From positions 640,001 through 704,000 of the forward strand of contig CBDCSU010000006.1 in the NCBI GenBank assembly GCA_965221775.1: DNA of 64,000 bases, given 5' to 3'. The notes under the pieces were generated by a model. It searched no databases. It was not told where the DNA came from and worked only from the letters and a program-made list of their open reading frames with translations. Positions 59,681-64,000 of the stretch are shown piece after piece. The stretch's first letter is position 1. The number at the start of each line of letters is the position of its first letter. A program made the position numbers and the translations under genes. Source of the DNA: Candidatus Latescibacterota bacterium (GTDB lineage Bacteria > Latescibacterota > UBA2968 > UBA8231).

Positions 59681-61948
59681 GTGCCCGGACACGGCGCCCC
59701 GACCCGCTCTCGAACGAGGGCGGGTTTTTCCATACCCCTCTGGACCCTGCTGCTGGCCCTGCAGCCCCCGCCTCTGCTGGCCGGGGTCCTCGAGGGCCGG
59801 CTCCTCGACGGCGACGCGGGCGAGCCCGTGGCCGGCGCCCTCCTGACCCTGCGCTCCCCCTCGGGCGCGGTCCGTTCCACCCGCAGCGACTCGGCCGGCG
59901 CCTTCCGCCTCGAGGACCTGCCCTCCGGCGCCTGGGACCTGGCCGCGCGGCGGCTGGGCTACCGGCCGCTGCAGGCGCGCCTGCGCACCGGCGACGGCCT
60001 CACCGCCTTCGAGTGGCGCCTGGAGCCCCTGCCCCTGCTCATGGACGAGATGGTGGTCCGCGCCCGGCGCCACCCCGGCGGCGAGCCGGTGGCCGCCTTC
60101 GTCGAGACGATCTCCCTCGACGGCCGGCGCCCCGCGGGGGCGGACCTGGCCCAGACCCTGGACCGCGCCACCGGCGTCGACGTGCGCCGCTACGGGGGGC
60201 TCGGCAGCTTCAGCACCCTCTCGATCCGCGGCTCCACCTCGGAGCAGGTGCAGGTCTTCCTCGACGGGGTGCCCCTCAACCGGGCCGCCGGCGGCGGCGT
60301 CGACCTGGGGGGGCTGCCCATCGGCGGCCTGTCCAGCGTCGAGATCTACCGCGGGGCAGTGCCGGCGCGCTTCGGCGGCAACAGCCTCGGCGGCGTCGTC
60401 CACATGCGCACCCGGCCCCTCGGCAACGAGGTCCGCACGCGGCTGCGCACCGCCAGCGGCTCCTTCGGCACGCGCCAGCTCGGGGCGTCCATCGGCGGCC
60501 CCTGGAAGGAGTGGGAGTACCTCGGGTTGGTCGACTACAGCGCCAGCCGCAACGACTTCCGCTTCCTCGACGACAACGGCACCGAGTACAACGCCGGCGA
60601 CGACGACTGGGCGCGGCGGCTCAACAGCGACTTCCGCGGTCTGCGCGGCCTGGCCAAGGTCGGGCGCAATCTGGGCGCCGGCCGCCTGCAGATCCACAAC
60701 ACCTTCGACCTGGACAGCAAGGGCATCCCCGGCCTCGGCAACAACCAGTCCCTCCACACCCGCTACGGCACCCGGCGCCATATCGCCGAGGCCACCCTCT
60801 TCGGCCCGCTCCGCCACCGCGCCGGGTACCGGCTCCAGGCCCACCACTCCCTCTCCGAGGAGGAGTACCGGGACCTGCGGGGCGAGGTGGGCGTGGGCCG
60901 CCAGCACGACCGCAACCTCACCCGGAGCCTGGGCCTGCGGGGCGAGGTGAACGCCCTCCTCGGGGGCCGGTCCCTGGTCACCGCCTTCGGCGCCGCCCGG
61001 CGCGAGAGCTTCGCCCCCGGCGACCTGCTGCGGCCCGAGAGCCGGCTCCTGCGCAGCCGCCGCCGGGCCCTGGCCGCCGGCACCGAGGTGGAGCTCCCCC
61101 TGGGGCCGCGGCTGACCGTCAACGCCGGCACCCAGGCCGAAGCCCTGGACGACCGCTTCTTCGACCGCAAGGAGTTCGCCCCCAGCGACGTCCTGCCGAG
61201 CCGGGACAACGTCGAGGTGCTGTGGGGCTGGCGCATGGGGGGGAAGCTGGACCTCGGCGGAGGACTCGCCCTCAAGGCCCACCTCGGACGCTACCGGCGG
61301 GCCCCCAACTTCTTCGAGCTCTTCGGCGACCGCGGCGCCGTGATCGGCAACACCGGCCTCGTCAGCGAGCGGGGGCGCAACCGGGACCTGGGGCTGGTCT
61401 ACCGGCGCCGGGTGGATGGGCCGGGACTGGAACTGGCCGAGGCCGTGTACTACCGCAACCGGGTCGACGACCTCATCCGCTTCGTGCAGAACTCGCAGCG
61501 CGTCTCGAGGCCCCACAACATGGGCGGGGCCCTGCTGCGCGGGCTGGAGACACGGGTGCAGGCGAAGCTGCGGCCGTGGCTGTCGGTCCGCGGCCACTAC
61601 GCGTACCAGCGCGCCGAGAACCGCACTCCCCTCTCCTTCGAGCGCGGCAACGACCTGCCCAACGCGCCGCGCCACCGGCTCCACGGGCGCGCCGACCTCG
61701 ACCTGGGACGCGCCGGGCTCCACGGCGAGATCAGCCGCGAGAGCCGCCACTTCCTCGACCGCGCCAACCTGCGGACCGTGCCCGTGCGCGCCCTCTACAA
61801 CCTGGGCGGCAGCCTGCCCCTGGCGCAGGGCCTCTCCCTCTCCCTGGAGCTGCGCAACCTGACCGACGACCAGATAGCCGACCTGTGGGGCTACCCGCTC
61901 CCGGGCCGCTTCTACGGACTCTCCATGCACTATGCCACGAACCCCTAG
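59681..61948 (+). CDS. btuB: TonB-dependent cobalamin receptor
   Basis: Carboxypeptidase-regulatory-like N-domain; plug IRGS..QV..DGVPLN; NL.D..GYPLPGR; lies behind the B12 riboswitch. Confidence 0.8.
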   Translation: MPGHGAPTRSRTRAGFSIPLWTLLLALQPPPLLAGVLEGRLLDGDAGEPVAGALLTLRSPSGAVRSTRSDSAGAFRLEDLPSGAWDLAARRLGYRPLQARLRTGDGLTAFEWRLEPLPLLMDEMVVRARRHPGGEPVAAFVETISLDGRRPAGADLAQTLDRATGVDVRRYGGLGSFSTLSIRGSTSEQVQVFLDGVPLNRAAGGGVDLGGLPIGGLSSVEIYRGAVPARFGGNSLGGVVHMRTRPLGNEVRTRLRTASGSFGTRQLGASIGGPWKEWEYLGLVDYSASRNDFRFLDDNGTEYNAGDDDWARRLNSDFRGLRGLAKVGRNLGAGRLQIHNTFDLDSKGIPGLGNNQSLHTRYGTRRHIAEATLFGPLRHRAGYRLQAHHSLSEEEYRDLRGEVGVGRQHDRNLTRSLGLRGEVNALLGGRSLVTAFGAARRESFAPGDLLRPESRLLRSRRRALAAGTEVELPLGPRLTVNAGTQAEALDDRFFDRKEFAPSDVLPSRDNVEVLWGWRMGGKLDLGGGLALKAHLGRYRRAPNFFELFGDRGAVIGNTGLVSERGRNRDLGLVYRRRVDGPGLELAEAVYYRNRVDDLIRFVQNSQRVSRPHNMGGALLRGLETRVQAKLRPWLSVRGHYAYQRAENRTPLSFERGNDLPNAPRHRLHGRADLDLGRAGLHGEISRESRHFLDRANLRTVPVRALYNLGGSLPLAQGLSLSLELRNLTDDQIADLWGYPLPGRFYGLSMHYATNP

Positions 61949-61967
61949 ACAGAAAGGCAGAACCCCC

Positions 61968-63371
61968 GTGTACCGGCTCTCTCTCGCCGCCGCTCTCCTG
62001 CTGACGGCGATCCCGTCGTCGGCCCAGAGTGACCTCTTCGTCGTCACCACCGACTTCTCCACCGGCAGCGCCGCCTTCCTGGCCGCCGGCGCCGCCGAGG
62101 CCGAGGTCAACCTGCTCGGCCTTCACTCCGACGCCGTGGCGCACTACCACGATGGCCGCGTCTACGTCGTCAACCGCCTCGGGCAGGACAACATCCTGGT
62201 GCTCGACGAGACCGACCTGCGCACGCCCCTGACCCAGTTCTCGGTGGGCAACGGGACCAACCCGCACGACATCGAGATCGTCGCCCCCGACAGGGCCTAC
62301 GTGACCCGCTACGACGCCGCGTCCCTGCTGATCGTCGATCCCCGGGACGGGACGCAGCTCGGGGAGATCGATCTGGGCGCCTTCGCCGACGGCGACGGCC
62401 TGCCCGAGATCTCGGGGATCGTGCGCGTCGGCGACCGCCTCTACCTGAGCTGCCAGCGCCTCGACCGCGACGGCGGCTGGGGTCCGGTGGACGTGAGCTA
62501 CCTAATCGTCGTCGACCTAGCCACCGACACCGTCGTCGACGTGGACCCCGAGACCGAGGGCGTGCAGGGCATCGCCCTGAGCGCGGCCAATCCCAACAGC
62601 CTGGCCGTCTTCGGCGAGCGCATCGCCGTGGGGGTGGTGGTCAACTTCGGAGACCGAGCTGGAGGGGTTGAGATCGTCGATGCGGCCGCCAACCGCAGCC
62701 TGGGCCTGGCCGTGAGCGAGGAGGACCTGGGCGGCGACATCACCTCCATGGTCCTCGTCGACGGAAGCCGGGGCTACGCCGTGGTGGCCGACGAGAACTT
62801 CGCCAACAGCGTGCGGCCCTTCGATCTGTCCAGCGGCGAGGTGGGCCCGCCCCTGGAGAGCACCAGCGGCGGCTTCATCCCCCACCTCGCCGTGGACGGC
62901 GGCCGCCTCATCGTCGCCGACCGCGGCAGCTGGGACGACCCGGACGCCGCCGGGCTCAAGCTCTACGACGCGGCCTCGGGCGCCTTCCTGGCCGGGCCCG
63001 TCAACACCGGTCTGCCGCCGATGCACGTCGTCGTCCTGAGCGACGCGGCTCCCACGGCCGTGGAGGAGATCGCCGACAGCGGCCGGCCCCGGGCCTTCGC
63101 CCTCGAGGCCGCCTGGCCCAATCCCTTCAACGCCTCCGTGCACATACCCCTTTCCGTGGACAACTCCAACATCCCGGTCGAGTTGACCGTCCACGACCTG
63201 CTGGGCCGCACCGTCCGCACCCTGGCCCTCGGCCCCGCGGCGGCCGGTCGGCACGTCTACCGATGGGACGGCCGCGACGACGCCGGCGAGCCGGTGGGCA
63301 ACGGCGCCTACCTGGTCCACCTGCGCGCCGGCGGGCAGCGGGCGGCGGGCAAGGTGATGCTGATCAAGTAG
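61968..63371 (+). CDS. YncE-like beta-propeller with C-terminal FlgD/T9SS-type domain
   Basis: Signal peptide; YVVNR, NPHDI..AYVTRY; WPNPFN..WDGRDD.G..GAY. Confidence 0.8.
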   Translation: MYRLSLAAALLLTAIPSSAQSDLFVVTTDFSTGSAAFLAAGAAEAEVNLLGLHSDAVAHYHDGRVYVVNRLGQDNILVLDETDLRTPLTQFSVGNGTNPHDIEIVAPDRAYVTRYDAASLLIVDPRDGTQLGEIDLGAFADGDGLPEISGIVRVGDRLYLSCQRLDRDGGWGPVDVSYLIVVDLATDTVVDVDPETEGVQGIALSAANPNSLAVFGERIAVGVVVNFGDRAGGVEIVDAAANRSLGLAVSEEDLGGDITSMVLVDGSRGYAVVADENFANSVRPFDLSSGEVGPPLESTSGGFIPHLAVDGGRLIVADRGSWDDPDAAGLKLYDAASGAFLAGPVNTGLPPMHVVVLSDAAPTAVEEIADSGRPRAFALEAAWPNPFNASVHIPLSVDNSNIPVELTVHDLLGRTVRTLALGPAAAGRHVYRWDGRDDAGEPVGNGAYLVHLRAGGQRAAGKVMLIK

Positions 63372-63392
63372 AAGGAGGAGACAACAACCGCC

Positions 63393-63974
63393 ATGGTCAC
63401 TCTGTCGAAGCTCTACACGAAGACGGGCGACGGCGGCATGACGCGTCTCGGCGACATGTCGCAGGTGCCCAAGACGAGCCCCCGCATCGCCGCCTACGGG
63501 TGCGTGGACGAGCTGAACTCGGTCATCGGCCTGGCCCGGTGCAGCAGCGCCGGGCCCGACGAGGTCCTCGCCCGGGTGCAGAACGACCTCTTCGACCTGG
63601 GAGCCGACTTGTGCGTGCCGCAGGCCGAGGGCGAGGAGGAGCGCCTGCGGGTGCAGCCGGGGCAGGTCCTCTACCTGGAGGAGCGGATCGACGAGATCAC
63701 CCGCGACCTGGCTCCCCTGCGCAGCTTCGTCCTGCCCGGGGGGCGGGTCCCGGCGGCCTGGCTGCACCTGGCGCGGACCGTGTGCCGGCGGGCCGAGCGC
63801 GCCGCCTGGCAGCTGGCGGAGCAGGAGCCGGTGGGCGAGCCGGTCCTGCTGTATCTCAACCGGCTCTCGGACCTGCTCTTCGCCATGGCCCGCGCCGCCA
63901 ACGACGGCGGCGAGGCGGACGTGCTGTGGGAGCCGGGGGCGGGCGCCGGCGGAGAGCCGGCGGAGGAGGGGTAG
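63393..63974 (+). CDS. pduO: PduO-type cob(I)alamin adenosyltransferase
   Basis: YTKTGD.G.T, VDELNS, FVLPGG, RTVCRRAER, YLNRLSD.LF. Confidence 0.93.
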   Translation: MVTLSKLYTKTGDGGMTRLGDMSQVPKTSPRIAAYGCVDELNSVIGLARCSSAGPDEVLARVQNDLFDLGADLCVPQAEGEEERLRVQPGQVLYLEERIDEITRDLAPLRSFVLPGGRVPAAWLHLARTVCRRAERAAWQLAEQEPVGEPVLLYLNRLSDLLFAMARAANDGGEADVLWEPGAGAGGEPAEEG

Positions 63975-64000
63975 CGGGGTGCGAAGGATGTTCCTGCTGG

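Noticed and set aside
101-63767. Many long Arg/Pro/Gly-rich overlapping or antisense ORFs (e.g. 101-2773, 295-2712, 59675-62110)
   Set aside because: Shadow frames of GC-rich genes with no motifs.

Overview
High-GC bacterial chromosome window of about 55 genes. FlgD/T9SS-type C-terminal domains, YWTD repeats and many catabolic enzymes suggest a Latescibacterota/Gemmatimonadota-like organism, possibly host-associated (inference only). Core content: non-discriminating aspS, xth, ribokinase, a 5'-3' exonuclease, a sugar-acid/sulfatase/sialidase catabolic set, an ABC-2 exporter and a cobalamin-riboswitch btuB-propeller-pduO operon. Accessory content: a toxin-antitoxin cluster (3.7-7.5 kb) and a lower-GC ~7.9 kb island that replaces the middle of comM and carries a controller/BamHI-like restriction-modification system. 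The two most interesting signals are absent from the ORF track. (1) A complete attenuator upstream of aspS, with an Asn-rich leader peptide, alternative 1:2/2:3/3:4 helices and a sigma70 promoter. (2) A ~210-nt structured RNA candidate directly after a DIP1984-family gene, enclosing an 8-nt-periodic CAGC array. All family calls come from motif recognition; no database searches or folding programs were run.
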